The notes under the pieces were generated by a model, which was not told the origin of the DNA, made no database searches, and worked only from the letters and a program-made list of their open reading frames with translations. The translations under genes were made by a program, and so were the position numbers. A stretch of DNA of 64,000 nt, taken from positions 92,690,001 through 92,754,000 of the forward strand of contig NC_043003.1 of assembly GCF_006345805.1 (NCBI RefSeq). The letters are read 5' to 3'. Positions within the stretch are counted from its first letter, which is position 1. Each line of letters begins with the position of its first letter. Shown in pieces: positions 23,237 to 37,450 of this stretch. The DNA comes from Octopus sinensis (lineage: Eukaryota).

Positions 23237-24369
23237 ACCTATTATTTTGAATCACCTGACAAAAATTCCTGGTATACTATATACAAATATTCGTGTGTGT
23301 ATGTATGTGTGTGTGTCAAATCCCCAAATCAGAAAATTTCCAACGCCTACTTCCTGAAACCACCACACCTCAGCGATAATACAACCGGTGCTATCTGCAA
23401 GACTAACCGCGGGAAAGGGTCAAATTAAAAGTTGGCTCACTTATGACCCGAACCATAGAATCGGTAACCTGCGGATAAAAGAAGCTATCCTGATAAAAAA
23501 AAAAGGGAAGGGGGCAGCAATTAGCAAATTAGCAACTGGGTTGAGTTCAATGAGTTTCAATAGTTTTTACGATATGAATACTCACTGTATGTGACCCGAT
23601 TCTTCTTCGCACTCCTGTCGACCCACCCTTACATAAATAATTTATGATACACATTCTGCGGTTCCAATTTTCTATACATTTACACGCACAAGTAATAGAC
23701 ACGCTAACAAAATAGATGCATCCTTTTTGTATTTTTCTTGTTCTTTAAAGTATTTCCAAAAATATTAAACCCAATTAAAATTTTCTAACATAGATTTATT
23801 TCATACAATGATCTTTTATAATAATGTCGTATTTGTATTGTTATTACATTTTATACCGTATTGATTTTTCACATTTCTGGATCTGTTTGAGTTTTTATCG
23901 CTGGTTATTTTAATATCTGAAACTTTTCAGTTATGTATAGGCTATAATGTAGCATTCCGTCGAAATATTAAGTGGCTTTCTTTACGATACTTTATGTCGT
24001 TGGTGTACGTTCAAATCTGCGTCCCTGAGTTTCTAGTTGAATTAGGACAGGGATAGGGAAAATTTTAGTATCACGACCTGAAAATTAATGTTATATTTAT
24101 AAATATACAATTTACATTGACAGATACACATTTGAAAGTTGGCTTCGTTTTATCGGTCCTCTTCAACTAACGGTCTTTTTAAAAACCAGTGATATACATA
24201 AAATTAAAATATTATAATTTAAAAATCATATTATGTAAAATCGAAGAGAACCTTAAATCAAAATAAACTTTAGTTAGAAGGAAGAAAACATGTATACCCA
24301 GAGTAAATTAATTAATGGTAAAATAAATTTAATTAAAAATTATAAGTCTGTTTGTAATAAAAAAAATAT

Positions 24370-24665
24370 TCAGTGAGATTTATTTCTGACAACTGACTCG
24401 TCATTTCTATCCTTATTATCAAAGAATTCTATAAGCCGGAGGTGACAGTTAAAACGCTCAATATCAGCTTTTAGTTCTATGAGGTTAGGAGTGGGTGTCG
24501 GGGTAAATTTGAAACCTTTCAATAGGAGATTCATCTCATTCTTGTCGAGGTTTCTATTTGACAAATTTGTGATCTTCGGATCTATATAGTCAGTGTGCTC
24601 TTTGAAGTTTTCTGTTGCATCGGGTCTGGTGCGCGATTGTGGTATTTTCTTCCCCATCCCCAAGG
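24370..24665 (-). mobile_element. Penelope-like element, N-terminal ORF fragment
   Basis: ITNLSNRNLDKNEMNLLLKGFKFTPTP...DIERFNCHLRLIEFF is the typical pre-RT motif of PLEs. Confidence 0.8.
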
Positions 24666-25401
24666 AATTGTATTATTGTGTTTATCACTGATTAAGAAAG
24701 ATATCTAATGTAGCTACTTGGTAAAGTAATTTGTGAAAAAGATCTCTTGAATTCTCCATGCAAGCAAGAAAAAGAAAAATAAACCCTACAAAAGGATGAA
24801 AGATATTAAAAATATATTTAAGCTGGCCCTGCTTTATTATATAATTTGTATCCTACAGAATGGCTTCCAGTTAAATATAAATATACAAAACTCATTTATG
24901 AGGTTTGATTAAATGTAGACTGAGAATAGGTTGAATTATAAACAATACCAAATTATTTTTTTTATATTTTGACTTTATTTTCCTAATTTGTGAATATTTG
25001 ATATTTATTGATGCAAAACATTGAATCTCATAGCATATGAGGTGCTCCAGCATGGCCGCAGTCAAATGACTGAAACAAGTAAAAGAGTAAATGGGACTTG
25101 GCTGTACAGTGTAAAGGATTATACATTTTCATAGGAGTTTGAACTTTGAACTCTTTTTTTAATTTTTCTGTGATGACCGCACCCACCCCTTTTGTCTTAT
25201 TTATTCTTTCCTACTTTCTAAAACTGACATCTTTGAAAGGTCACCGTTAGAAAATGTGTTTATTTACAAATATGTTGATAGTTATACAATAGAAAGAAAA
25301 AAAAGAAACAAAGGAGAAAGAAAGAAAAATGCTTTGTAATGAAATTTCAATGAATTAACCACATCTCTCCCTCTCCCTCTCTCTCTCTCTGTATCTACCT
25401 A

Positions 25402-25443
<42 letters not shown>

Positions 25444-26432
25444 CTTTTCCAATCCTTTAATATTAATAATCCTTTAATATTACTATAGCCTGAGGCTATA
25501 GTAGAAGACACTTGTCCAAGGTGCCACGCAGTGAGACTGAACCTTGAACCACGTGGTTGGAAGCAAGCTTCTTACCACGTAGCCACGCCTGCGCCTAAAA
25601 TGATGAAAAAAAACAACAACAAATGTATGTATGTATGTATGTACAGAAGCAAATACTTGTTCTACCACACAGTCCACCACAATTCTATCAAGGGAATGCG
25701 TCATACACACCAAAGTCAGTTCCTTGATTTGTTTGACTGTCCGAAGGATCTATTGCGATGTGAAATGTAGTTCTTACGTCGACGTTACCATTAAAGATTT
25801 TATTTGCCGGTAGTAGTCAGTAACACTAACTTAGTAGTAATCGTAGTAAGTGACAATGACAACGTTGTTGCCCGCGCGCTCTTAGTGTGTGTTGGAAGCT
25901 GTATGTGGAAGCTAGGTTAACTGTCAGAGAGGAGAAAAAGGTAGCAATTGCGTTGTCCATTTTCATTCGACCAAAAAAATGTTCTGGCTTAGCTGGTCGG
26001 AAACCGTAGAAAGAGAAAGCAAACCTTTCATTTGGTTATAAAAGGTTTGGCCAAGAAATAGGTCAAACTTAAACATTGACCTTTCCATGACCACCGAAGG
26101 TCAGATTATTCTCATAGAGATAAGACATAAAGGATTAGACATTCGTCTGACAAGCAACAGGTCTGTGGATTTGGTTTCAGATCTAAGTTAAGTAGAGAAC
26201 GATCTCCAACAGATCTATAAGAAAAAGAAATGACAAAATTCTTTTCTTAGATCAAACCAGGACATTAAAGTTGAGTTAACAGCCCCGTCTCATATTAGAA
26301 GTACGAAAGACCACGGAGCACAAAACAAGCTTTAAGATATATAGATCAGGCCATCGATCCAGAAAGAATGGTGGAGTAGCTCTGAAGACCTCAATGACAG
26401 ATTGTGTCTTCTTTATGCCAACAATATATATA

Positions 26433-26847
26433 TGTTTCTTTACTGCCCACAAGGGGCTAAACATAGAGGGGACAAACAAGGACAGACAAACGGATTAAGT
26501 CGATTACATCGACCCCAGTGCGTAACTTGTACTTAATTTATCGACCCCGAAAGGATGAAAGGCAAAGTCGACCTCGGCGGAATTTGAACTCAGAACGCAA
26601 CGACAGACGCAATACCTATTTCTTTATTACCCACAAGGGGCTAAACACAGAGGGGACAAACAAAGACAGACATAGGTATTAAGTCGATTACATCAACCCC
26701 AGTGCGTAACTGGTACTTAATTTATCGACCCCGAAAGGATGAAAGGCAAAGTCGACCTCGGCGGAATTTGAACTCAGAACGCAACGACAGACGCAATACC
26801 GCTAAGCATTTCGCCCGGTGCTAACGTTTCTGCCAGCTCGCCGCCTT
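26433..26847 (-). mobile_element. tRNA-derived SINE, family A, with duplicated 3' body and 17-bp TSD
   Basis: TGCCAACAATATATATA at 26416-26432 and 26848-26864; ~183-bp internal tandem duplication. Confidence 0.88.
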
Positions 26848-26959
26848 TGCCAACAATATATATAGGTTACTGATCGTTCTATGGCACAGAAGAAAAACAT
26901 ACCACCATTGATAAACTTCTTGAGAGAGCTTCATTCTTCGTCGTGTCTGTTTTGAAGAG

Positions 26960-27180
26960 TCTTTGACAATTATGCAACATTTATGCCAACGTCGTACTTG
27001 TGGTTATTTTGGCGCTAATCACTGCCACCCAAGACGACTACAAATACCAACTAGCAATACAGTCCACAAACGGAAGCATAATACATTGGACGTTTTGTTC
27101 ACCAATAATACACACTTGGTAAACAACATCGAAGTAAGCCTTTCTTTGTCAGGCTATAAACGCAATGAAGTTTAAATTAT
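26960..27180 (+). mobile_element. Probable CR1/L2-type LINE endonuclease fragment
   Basis: RKHNTLDVLFTNNTHLVNNIEV.LSLS resembles the APE C-terminal TRxxNxLDLxFTN...SDH motif. Confidence 0.5.
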
Positions 27181-27779
27181 AATATAGAAAAGGATTTCCC
27201 AATGATAAACCACAAAGTAAAAATTCTCGTTTTCGGAGAGAAACTCCTCAAATCGGGGAAACAACTGATATTCAGCTGTTAATTGGCATCATAAATCTCG
27301 GACAACACATTTCTGTACCGTACTTACTGTACTTTTATTTATTAGCTTATCAATTTTTTAGACGTGAACAAGCTTATTTTACCACAGAAATAATTAAAAT
27401 CTAAAAAAATATAAATATCTATCGGCCGCAAAACCTCGCGATGCACTGAGGAGTACGAGCCCCAACAATCCGCGATAAGTGAACCGCGATATGGCGAGTG
27501 ATTATATATATATATATGTGTGTATATATAATACGACGGGTTTCTTTCAGTTTCCGTCTACCAAATCCACTCACAAGGTGCCACACAGCGGAACTGAACC
27601 CGTAACCATATGGTTGAGACGCAAGCTTCTTACCACAGAGTATACATACATACACACACACACACACATACATATAATATACATGCATACATAAATTCTC
27701 GTGTTTGTGGAATATACATATTTTATTTTAAAGTATATCTGTCTTTCCATCAATCTATCTATCTATCTATCAATGACGC

Positions 27780-27922
27780 AATGTATGTATGTATGTTTGT
27801 AAGTATATTTGTATATATCTATATCTATATATATATATGCATACATACATACATGCATACATACACACGCACGCACACACACATACATACATACACACAC
27901 ACAAACACACATACATACACAC

Positions 27923-27953
<31 letters not shown>

Positions 27954-27958
27954 TACAT

Positions 27959-28003
<45 letters not shown>
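27780..28003. repeat. Compound (AC)/(ATAC)/(AT) microsatellite
   Basis: Directly visible. Confidence 0.95.
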
Positions 28004-28008
<5 letters not shown>

Positions 28009-28340
28009 CGCCATGCTAGATCGCTTGTCACTACACATTCTTTATTTTCTCTCCTTGTTTCTTTCCGTGTTCCTTTCTGTGGAAGAGCGTAGGCTCGAAA
28101 TATTAAAGACTTTTTCACTTCCCGAGCGTTATACTAATACATCTGTTTGTTGTCTACACCACCTGTCTTTTTTTTCTGTGTGTTTGAATTATCCCTTTAT
28201 ATGGGGACTGGTTTACCCTGGCTTTCTCGCACATAAGGGGTTTAGCCTTATGACATATCTTCAGACCCCAAAACACTGCTGGCCTAAGACCTCTTCAAAA
28301 ATATGGAGGGGAAATGCCTCTCTCACACTATCGTTATATA
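27995..28340 (+). repeat. Probable Penelope pseudo-LTR-type repeat with a hammerhead-like motif
   Basis: CTGTGGA-A-GAGC-GTAG-GCTC-GAAA at 28077-28100, between microsatellites. Family assignment is by recall only. Confidence 0.4.
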
Positions 28341-28382
28341 TATATAGTTTGTAAAAAACATATATCCGATAGAAGCACGCTC

Positions 28383-28869
<487 letters not shown>

Positions 28870-29589
28870 TCTAATTTTGGATTACGGATAGAAGAATGAA
28901 AATAATGAATCTCTATTGCATAGAAAATCGAACATTCTAGAACTACCATGAAAAAGAAGTAAAAGTTTTATCGGTCACATGACCACATTACACGAAATTC
29001 AAAACTCTCTGCATGCAAAGGAAAATATTCCGTGGAAAAATTTCACTTACACACATATAAATGTATATATAAGCGTACACTTGCGCGGTTAACTGGTAGT
29101 ACTTGTGCATACGCAGTTACGCATATTGAAACACAATAACACACGGGTGCGTGCGTTTGCATACACGCATACAAATACCGACACATAAGCTCTTATCTCA
29201 CATTCATAAACGCAGGCCTGCACTTGTGTATACATACATACATACATACATACATGCATGCATGCATAGATGCAAGATTTATCTATGCAGACGGCGCGAC
29301 ATGCTCTTTATACAATCTGATGGACTCGCGCCCGCAAACTTGAGCGGGTAAATACCGATGCATATAACGTGTGTGTGAGAGAGAGAGAGAGAGAGTTGAT
29401 GTGTATGTATGTGTGTGTAAGAGAAAGTGAAAGAGACAGAGAGGGGGGAAAGACAGAACATAGAAAAAAGAAAGAGAAAGTGAAATAAAATAATATTGTT
29501 GACATGTAACTTTGGCCTGACTGTAAACGTACGCACACAAATTCTTTCTTTCTCTTTTCACTTTCACAAACACACAAATACAGCTAGAC

Positions 29590-29870
29590 GTGCATACATG
29601 CATATCTGCATACATACATACATACATGCATGCATGCATACATACATGGATACATACATACATGCATACATGCATGCATACATGCATGCATACATACATA
29701 CATGCATGCATACATACATACATACATACATACATACATGGATACATACATACATGCATACATGCATACATACATGCATGCATACATACATACATACATG
29801 GATACATACATACATACACACATGCATGCATGCATACATACATATATACATACATATACGCATACGATCA
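29590..29870. repeat. Compound ATAC/ATGC/ATGG tetranucleotide repeat
   Basis: Directly visible; source of several spurious ORFs. Confidence 0.95.
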
Positions 29871-30808
29871 TTCATACGCAGCGAAACATACACCACACAC
29901 ATATATACATACACACTTATATCTGCTTAGACATATACATACATGCATGTGTGGGGGTGCTATGCTCTGTGATTAGTTGTATCTACAAACGAAAAAAAAA
30001 AAAGGTAGTTAATACATAGGCGTGTATTTAATATATTTGGTGTGTATAATTTGTTTATCTGTATAATTGTTTCTCTCCTTGGTTCCCAACTACATGGTCC
30101 CGGGTTCAGATTCACTGCGTGACTCAGGGGCGGACGCAAGGGAGTGGTGGCTGAAGGGCACGTGTCCTCCCCCTCACAAACAATATACACGTAAAAATAT
30201 ATACAAACCATTTATTTATAATTATATATCAGCATATGTGTGCATGCACCAGATATACACATGCATATGCTATGCATTTGGGTGTGCATGACTCTATGTA
30301 GCTGTATTAGCAGATAATTATGTATGTATTTATACATAGATCTGTGTATGTGTATGCAAAATTTTTCCACAGAATATTTATAATGATCAAATGAGTTTTT
30401 AAATTTCGTGTACCGGTAATTTTCCAGACAGTTCTAGGATGTTCGCTATATATATATTTAATATCTTATTTATTTATTTATTGTCTATTTTGATTAGTGT
30501 AATTGCGCAAATCTTTTAAGCTCCTGCGTTACTCTTATTTTGTTTCGTGTATTTGCGCTCTATATCTCCCGTATGTAAAACTCAACTTACTTGTGTGTGT
30601 GTACATGTACACACACACACACACGCACATACATAGTGTATAGAACGAGGTTATAATCCGAATTAGGTTCTCGTGAAGCACAGCTGCAAGTACAATGTAA
30701 TCAAATGTATATGGATGTTTTATCTTAAATGAGGTATACACAGCATTTGAAATTTCTGGTGAATTCTGTTTGCTGAGAAATTATTGAACAAAACAAATTC
30801 CATTGAAT

Positions 30809-31209
30809 ATCTTTATATATAAAAGTGAGGTTGTATGCTGTCTGTCTCCTACGATTTAGATTCCTAACTACTCCCACATTTTGCGGTGCAGTTTAACCAA
30901 AACCGGGTATCTTAGAGTCGTGATTCATATCGAGCCCTTCTGGGTATTAGCGCGCGTCTACGACGAGTCTACGATTAAAAAAAAAATTTACCATCAATTT
31001 TTCCCATTTTTAATGCATTTTTGGCATATATAAGGGAAGTAACTCTCTAAAAATTTATTATTAAATCTCAGAAAGTAAAAAGCTACAGTAACACCCCACC
31101 CCCTTTGTGGTTAGCCATACTGAGATGGCTATTATACTTTACATCTCTAAAAATGCTTATATAGTTATTTCCCTTACAAACCCGAGCAACGCCGGGCGAT
31201 ACTGCTAGT
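30809..31209 (+). mobile_element. Non-autonomous Helentron-like (HINE/DINE-1-like) element
   Basis: Starts atctttatatataaaag, ends CCCGAGCAACGCCGGG...CTAGT; same termini as the 48471-49305 element. Confidence 0.75.
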
Positions 31210-31269
31210 TTGGTATATTTTTAATGTGAGGATATATTCCTTTAAGAGTAGAAGATTAAAAAGCTTGGT

Positions 31270-31600
31270 GAAATTCTGGGGATGCAATGTTTTAGTGTTA
31301 AGGAGTGAACATTGTTACGTTGGCTTTCTCCGTTGGAAAGAACCAGAAGTATTTCTGCACTTAGCGCGTGAGTATGATGGATAGGGAACCCCTGGTGGAG
31401 AGAGAAATTGAAAGAAGATGGCCCAGTAGTGTGTTGTGCAAAGTTGGTTGGAAAACAAGCAGTGGAAGCTTTTTATCTTATGGAGACTCTGCTTGCAGAG
31501 CCATCCTTGTTCAGAAGAAGAGTAAAAGAGGATTCCCCAAAATTGGTGGAGATACTTTTGGTAATTTACTAGTGGCGGCTCGTCTGCAGTATCTCCCATT
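31270..31600 (-). mobile_element. Probable Penelope-like fragment (Cys-rich region before GIY-YIG)
   Basis: PPGVPYPSYSRAKCRNT resembles the PGxxPCxRxKCxTC motif; heavily frameshifted. Confidence 0.45.
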
Positions 31601-31874
31601 CATAATATACGTTTATTTATTTATTTTTATAATTGTGTAAGTTATTTAATGCCATCACTAGCAATCCTTAAGCTTAATTATCAGTTTTCAAAATAACAAT
31701 ATCCCTGAATGTGGAACTGCCTACCCCGCAGTTCCAATGATGGGCTGTTTGCTTTGTCGTGTAGTTTATGCATATGTCCTAGAGGTAAGCGGGACGAACA
31801 GGCTGGGTAGTTGTGTTTATGCTTCATCCTGATGATACAACGGACATGATATAATATCATATTTAAGGATACTA

Positions 31875-32230
31875 CTCTCTTTACTCTTTTACTTGTTTCA
31901 GTCATTTGACTGCGGCCATGCTGAAGCACCGCCTTTAGTCGAGCAAATCGACCTCAGGACTTATTCTATCGGTCTCTTTTGCTGAACCGCTAAGTGACGG
32001 GGACGTAAACACACCAGCATCGGTTGTCAAGCAATGCTAGGAAGACAAACACAGACACACATATATACGACAGGCTTCTTTCAGTTTCCATCTACCAAAT
32101 CCACTCACAAGGTATTGGTCGGCCCGGGGCTATAGCAGAAGACACTTCCCCAAGATGCCACGCAGTGGGACTGAACCCGGAACCATGTGGTTGGTTAGCA
32201 AGCTACTTACCACACAGTCACTCCTGCGCC
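31875..32230 (-). mobile_element. tRNA-derived SINE, family B
   Basis: Near full-length homolog of 17060-17475. Confidence 0.85.
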
Positions 32231-32639
32231 ACTACATATAAGAATTTGAATGAATAATCACGGCCTCCTTGCTTCCCTAAGGAACAACTTCTGTGATACT
32301 GAGTGAACTTGAGCAATTTAATAGTTCATGGCGTCTTTGTGGTTGTGAAAAAAAAAAAGAAAGATGCATTATTTTGTTTTCCGTGTTTGTTGTTTGAAAG
32401 TGATTTTATAACATGGATAAAATGTGGTTTTAAAAATATGAACAAAACGAAAGAAAAAGGAAAAAAACCAAAAAGGTAAAGAAGTATATTGAAAATGTGG
32501 TTTCATTTCGTTTTTTAGGGAGAGTAAATATTAAAGAAAAACTTAGCGAAACCTAAGTTATAATGAATATAAGTTAGGTTATCAAGAACTGTTAAATTTT
32601 ATTCCAGATGATAGACTCTCTTCTTTGTTACAGTCGTTT

Positions 32640-32980
32640 GACTGCAGCCATGCAGTTTTGTAGAAACTTTGATATTTCTTTACGCATACGGGATGAAAAT
32701 GGTGTAATTATGGAATTAATAAATCCAGGTGTAATTATGGGATTAATGAATTTTGTATCTAAATTAGACCCTGATTTAGAGAACTATTTAGAAACCAATA
32801 GTTTTCAAAGGTATTTCTAAGACTATTCAAAATGAGATAAACATGGACTTGCTGGAGACATACCATGATGTGATAAAGAAAGATATTCAAGAGGTTTCAT
32901 TTATATCTGTCATGGATGATGACGCAAAAGAGGTTTCAGAAAAAAAGTTAAATGGTAATTGTTCTATTGTCTGTGCACAA
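32640..32980 (+). mobile_element. hAT transposase fragment, ZMYM1/zinc-finger-MYM type
   Basis: QFCRNFDISLRIRDE..NPGVIMGLMNFVSKLDPDL then, after a frameshift, GISKTIQNEI...SFISVMDDDAKEVS. Confidence 0.75.
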
Positions 32981-33230
32981 TGAAGGAATATTTGAGAATT
33001 TATTATTCTTTATTCTAGAAAATCCAAACTATAGCGTATCAGATCAAAATATATGATTGAGCAATTAGACATAATCCTTCGAAGGAAACAGATGAAAACT
33101 AATAACACAGATACTTGATGATGCAAATGTCAAGAAAAGCAAAAGAAAATTAAAAAAAGTGAGTGTATATGGGGGCGACTTCGGGTAAACCTGAAAGTAG
33201 TTTATAATAATGAACATTTCATTCAGTATT

Positions 33231-33644
33231 GGGATCTTTTCGGTTTGAACGGCAGTTTTTTCTAGCGGTGTCATATGAAATTGTCACCCATAATTATAAC
33301 CCTAGTATCGATCTATTGCATTTCAATATGTTTTAGGGTTAGGGGCGGGGGGAAGGGTATCTTTTTTTCTTCAGAAATGTAAATAAACCCAATCTGTTTC
33401 TTAAACGAGGAACATATTCATACGGCACAGAAAGTTTTTCACCTCAATAGACGTCATTGATTGGTTGAAATTGCAGAAATTGAAGAAAAACAACAACAAA
33501 TATCTTACAAACTATAGAATTTTCTCAATAAAGCCAAGAGAAAAAGATGTTTTATAAACACATTCTACCAGTATACGAAGTTTAAAAGAGTTTAGTTATG
33601 TGGAAATTATTTTAAAAAACTGTCGTTCAAACCGAAAAGATCCC
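33231..33644 (-). mobile_element. MITE, copy 2, with apparent 6-bp TSD AGTATT
   Basis: GGGATCTTTTCGGTTTGAACGGCAG ... GTCGTTCAAACCGAAAAGATCCC; AGTATT at 33225-33230 and 33645-33650. Confidence 0.88.
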
Positions 33645-34233
33645 AGTATTGAGCACACAAACTGAATCTAATAATGAGAAATGTATCAAATATTACATGA
33701 AAACACAAAAATATTTTTCTTTAACATTTCGGCTGAATCAACATTTCCCCCAAAGATTACCACAGCGTACGCGTATCCGTGTTCATTTTCTACAATATGG
33801 AATCTTTAAAAAGCTGCTTCGCTGAAATACAGTCACGTCAAATGGAGATCAAACCATTTCAGAAGCAATAGGAATTATATTTTACCTGAATAATGAAAAA
33901 TTCATATTCTGGTCGGAGTTTTTTCATCAGATTGTGTCATACGTTGAAGTAATTTACAGCCAATTGCGGTCTCAAGAAATTGTTGTTTAAAGTATATTGA
34001 CAATTAAATAGATTTTAAAGCAGCTATTTTTGAAGCAATTAAAAAACTGTGTGAGACTCCCTTAAAAGACGCTCATGTCAGAAGCAAAAATGTGCATGAT
34101 TGTGCATGTATTCATACAGTGGACAGATATTCTTTCAAGTAAAAATTCCCCACCGCGCGTGCCAAAAAAAAAAAAAAAAAAATCACGTGTTTTGAGAATA
34201 GTTAACAAAATAGAATAAGTTTAACCATTGAAG

Positions 34234-36615
34234 CAGTGTTTCCCAAACTTTTCACGTCAAATTGCAATATCACCCACCTATTGGCCAAAAAATGCTCCAT
34301 TGCCCACCTTAAAAAAAAAAAACCCTGACACAACCCTCCCTAGGAGAACCCCGGCCTTGTATCATTTGACACACAGACTATATCGTAGACTCGTTACCCG
34401 ATGCAAAAATAATTAATGATTGTATTATAAACGAAAAGAATACAACTTTTTAATGAGAATCATGTGTCTGGTGCGATGCAGCTAGTGCAGATAGATTCGG
34501 TTTCAAACTTGTCAACTTTAGCCGCAAGTTTCCTCGTTGTGTGACATCCAGTCCAATTTGTTTATGAAAAAGTAAAGTTCCAACATGGCTAAAACCAGAT
34601 TCAACCAGGTACGAGGTAGGGAAGGCAAGCAAAAGTAATTTCAGACGTTTCCACAGACTTTGGGTAGGAATTCAATATACTTTGATGGTACCACAAACCT
34701 TCTTTGCCATTATGGCGATATCGCATCGTGGTATCATTGTCATTTTGTAATTCTATCAATTCCTACTGAACATCGTTCACGCAATCAACTGCATCGACCT
34801 CAAACGGATTGTTTTACCAATTTGGAATATTCAGCGCAATAACATCTTGAAATCGCTCCAACATGCCATCGTGCAATGATTGTAAATAGTTGCGATATGT
34901 AGTTAAATCCTCATCAACCAATTCATCTTTCAAAGAATCAACTTCTGGAAATTTATGAAATTGACGTTTTGAAATGTTAGTCTTATACAACATAAATTTC
35001 GAAATAAAGGTGGTGATAAATGATTTACAATCGACGAGAGTTTTTCTGTTTCTTTGCAATAACTTATTCAAATCATTTAATTTTGTGAATATATCACAAA
35101 GAAAAAAAGATATCGCATCTTGCAGCCATCAATGAAGCGGTAAGTGGAGTATCTTCAAAGAAAGATATGATTATAAGAAACAGTTTCTTTTTGATAGCCA
35201 CTGCACTTCAGTATGGTATAAGAGTTTAGTATAGTCCTCATTATTTCTCAGAGTTGACGGAAAATTTGATCAGACAAGTGACTGGACTTAAATTTGTTCA
35301 CAGTCTTCATAACTAAGTGTAGCGCATTATTCAATCTACCGTTCATATTTTTTGCCACTAAATGTTGCCGGTGTGTCAAGCAATGAACAGTTAGTATCTG
35401 GTTGGAAATTTCATGATTTAGGAGAGATGAAAAAAACCTCTGTATCATCCTATCATTGAAAGGGCTTCATCAGACACAAAGGCAAGAATATTAGTGAATG
35501 AGATACTACGTTCAAAAAGGAAGGCCTTGAGAGTGTGAAAAATAGCTGCGCCTTTTCAATCAAGCAGTAATTTCTCTGTGAACAGCATTTCCTCACAAGG
35601 TTGAAGGTCTTCGCTGAAATACTGAACATATACTATCATCAATCATTGATTTCCACAACAGTTGACTCATCCACTTGTATAGAAAATTCAGAACGCTAGA
35701 GAATATTAATGAGCTGATGTTTGACATCGTTGACCATTTCATCGATGCGTTAAGAAATCGTGTTATTACTATGTGGTATCTTCTTCATAATGTTATCAGG
35801 GTTTTCATGCATAACGAATGACAAAACCCCTTTGATAACTGGGTGAAGTAATGTTTCTCCAATTGCGTGAAACTTCACAGACTTAGCAACAAGCAAATCA
35901 ATGTTGTACGATGCAATCAACCCGTCATTCTCCTGTTTACTAGTTTCCTGGAGTAGCGTGTTGAATGTTTGTATTTGCTTTTTGAAAGAGGAGCTCAGTT
36001 GCCAAAAGTATGATAACGGCTTGTGCGCCTTGTCAGAATACTTTGCTTCAAAGTGAGACTTGAAGCGTGAAGGTTTCATTGCTTCATTGGTCAATGTTTG
36101 ATGGCAAATTGGTAACTGACAGCTCTGAGGAGAGGGAATAAATCCAAACGATAAATAATCACTACTGCATTGTCAACAAATTTCCTTGACTGCAGGCGTC
36201 AGTAAAGTGAAAACGAATTTCTATGGACGGCGTCAGAAAGATAGTATGGTATTCTCAAAGAGAAGAAGTCGATAGAGCAGAGTTAGGTGACGCGTCTTTA
36301 CAGGAGCAAATACGGATCTAGTTCGTTTGGCTGCCAGAATTTCAAAAATTGAAGTTTATCGAAAATTTAAAATTTTGGCACATTAATATACCTTTCCATG
36401 CTAAATTGGTAGAGTTATTCAACTTTTTTCTAGAAAAATGTTGTTAAAAAGTTATAGAGGTTAGTATAGTCATTTGACCATTTTCACCCGGTCAAGAAAC
36501 ACGATTTCAAAGTTGTCATTTTGTGCGTGATTGCACATTTAGTCAACATCCTAAAAATAGCACTTGTGTTTTGATATGAAACCATAGAATTACGCACGAC
36601 ATATAACCCCTCATC
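34234..36615 (-). mobile_element. Defective hAT (Buster/ZBED5-type) DNA transposon, copy 2, retaining the other TIR
   Basis: TIR CAGTGTTTCCCAAACT at 34234 and C-terminal dimerisation motif FPTSYLVESGFS...LRLKLT. Clearly homologous to copy 1 over ~1.65 kb. Confidence 0.93.
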
Positions 36616-36649
36616 ATCCGGTTCAAATTCAGCTCGAGCTGTCTTATGT

Positions 36650-37450
36650 TTGTCCGGTGCTAACCGTCGCGGACGAGAAAAAAAGCAAGAGGTCCTTTTT
36701 TGAAGATGAAATGTCTCGTTGAATAAACGGGCTCGGTTGGTTTAAACGACAAATCAGTAAGCTCTGGAAAAGAAGCGAGCAATGCGTGGTACGAGTTTCC
36801 TGAGGCGGCAACGAAGACAGAGGGGCTTACAGGAGCGACAATAGAAATCTTTGTTGGAGTTGATAAGGAGCTGGTATCGTCAAGAAGCCGCTGCATTCTC
36901 ACATCAACCAATAATGAGTAATGGTGTAGAAAGTCCGCATCCAATGTTGGATAAGGCAGAACAGCGATGACGAAAATCCATTTAAAATCTCTACGTAGAG
37001 ATAAATCCACAGATAAGGAAATCTGTCCGTAGGCCTGGATAGTAGAGTGGTTAACAGCATACAAAAAAATGTCAGGAGGTTGAGGCCTAGTCGAGGTGAA
37101 ACATAAGGGCCAAATACTAACGCTGACTTCCGTGTCGATCATGTAAAGCTTAGAGGAGTTGAAGTCTCTAAAGAAATGCACGAAGTGGAGTAGAACGAAG
37201 CACAGGAACGGCTGATGTGTTCAGGGTCTCTCGGTCTAGTTTCTCTGTGGGGAGTAAGAGCAAGGCTGTCTACATAGATGTGCCTTATCCCAAATTGTCG
37301 ATGGTACCAACACGGCAAATCGGACAAAGTACTGGCACGCTGGCGAGAAGAACGATGCCTAAAACGATTCCTGGAAGACGATCGGGAAGAAGAATGCACA
37401 CAACATAACCGCGAAACCAGCTGAAGTCGAAGAAGGATTCCGAGAAACTG
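36650..37450 (-). mobile_element. Ty3/Gypsy gag-protease fragment
   Basis: Arg/Ser-rich gag tail RSSSRNRFRHRS..., CWYHRQFG knuckle, then the degenerate protease LYMIDTEVSVSIWP...IQAYGQISLSVDLSLRRDFKWIFVIA...ADFLHHYSLLVDVR. Confidence 0.88.
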
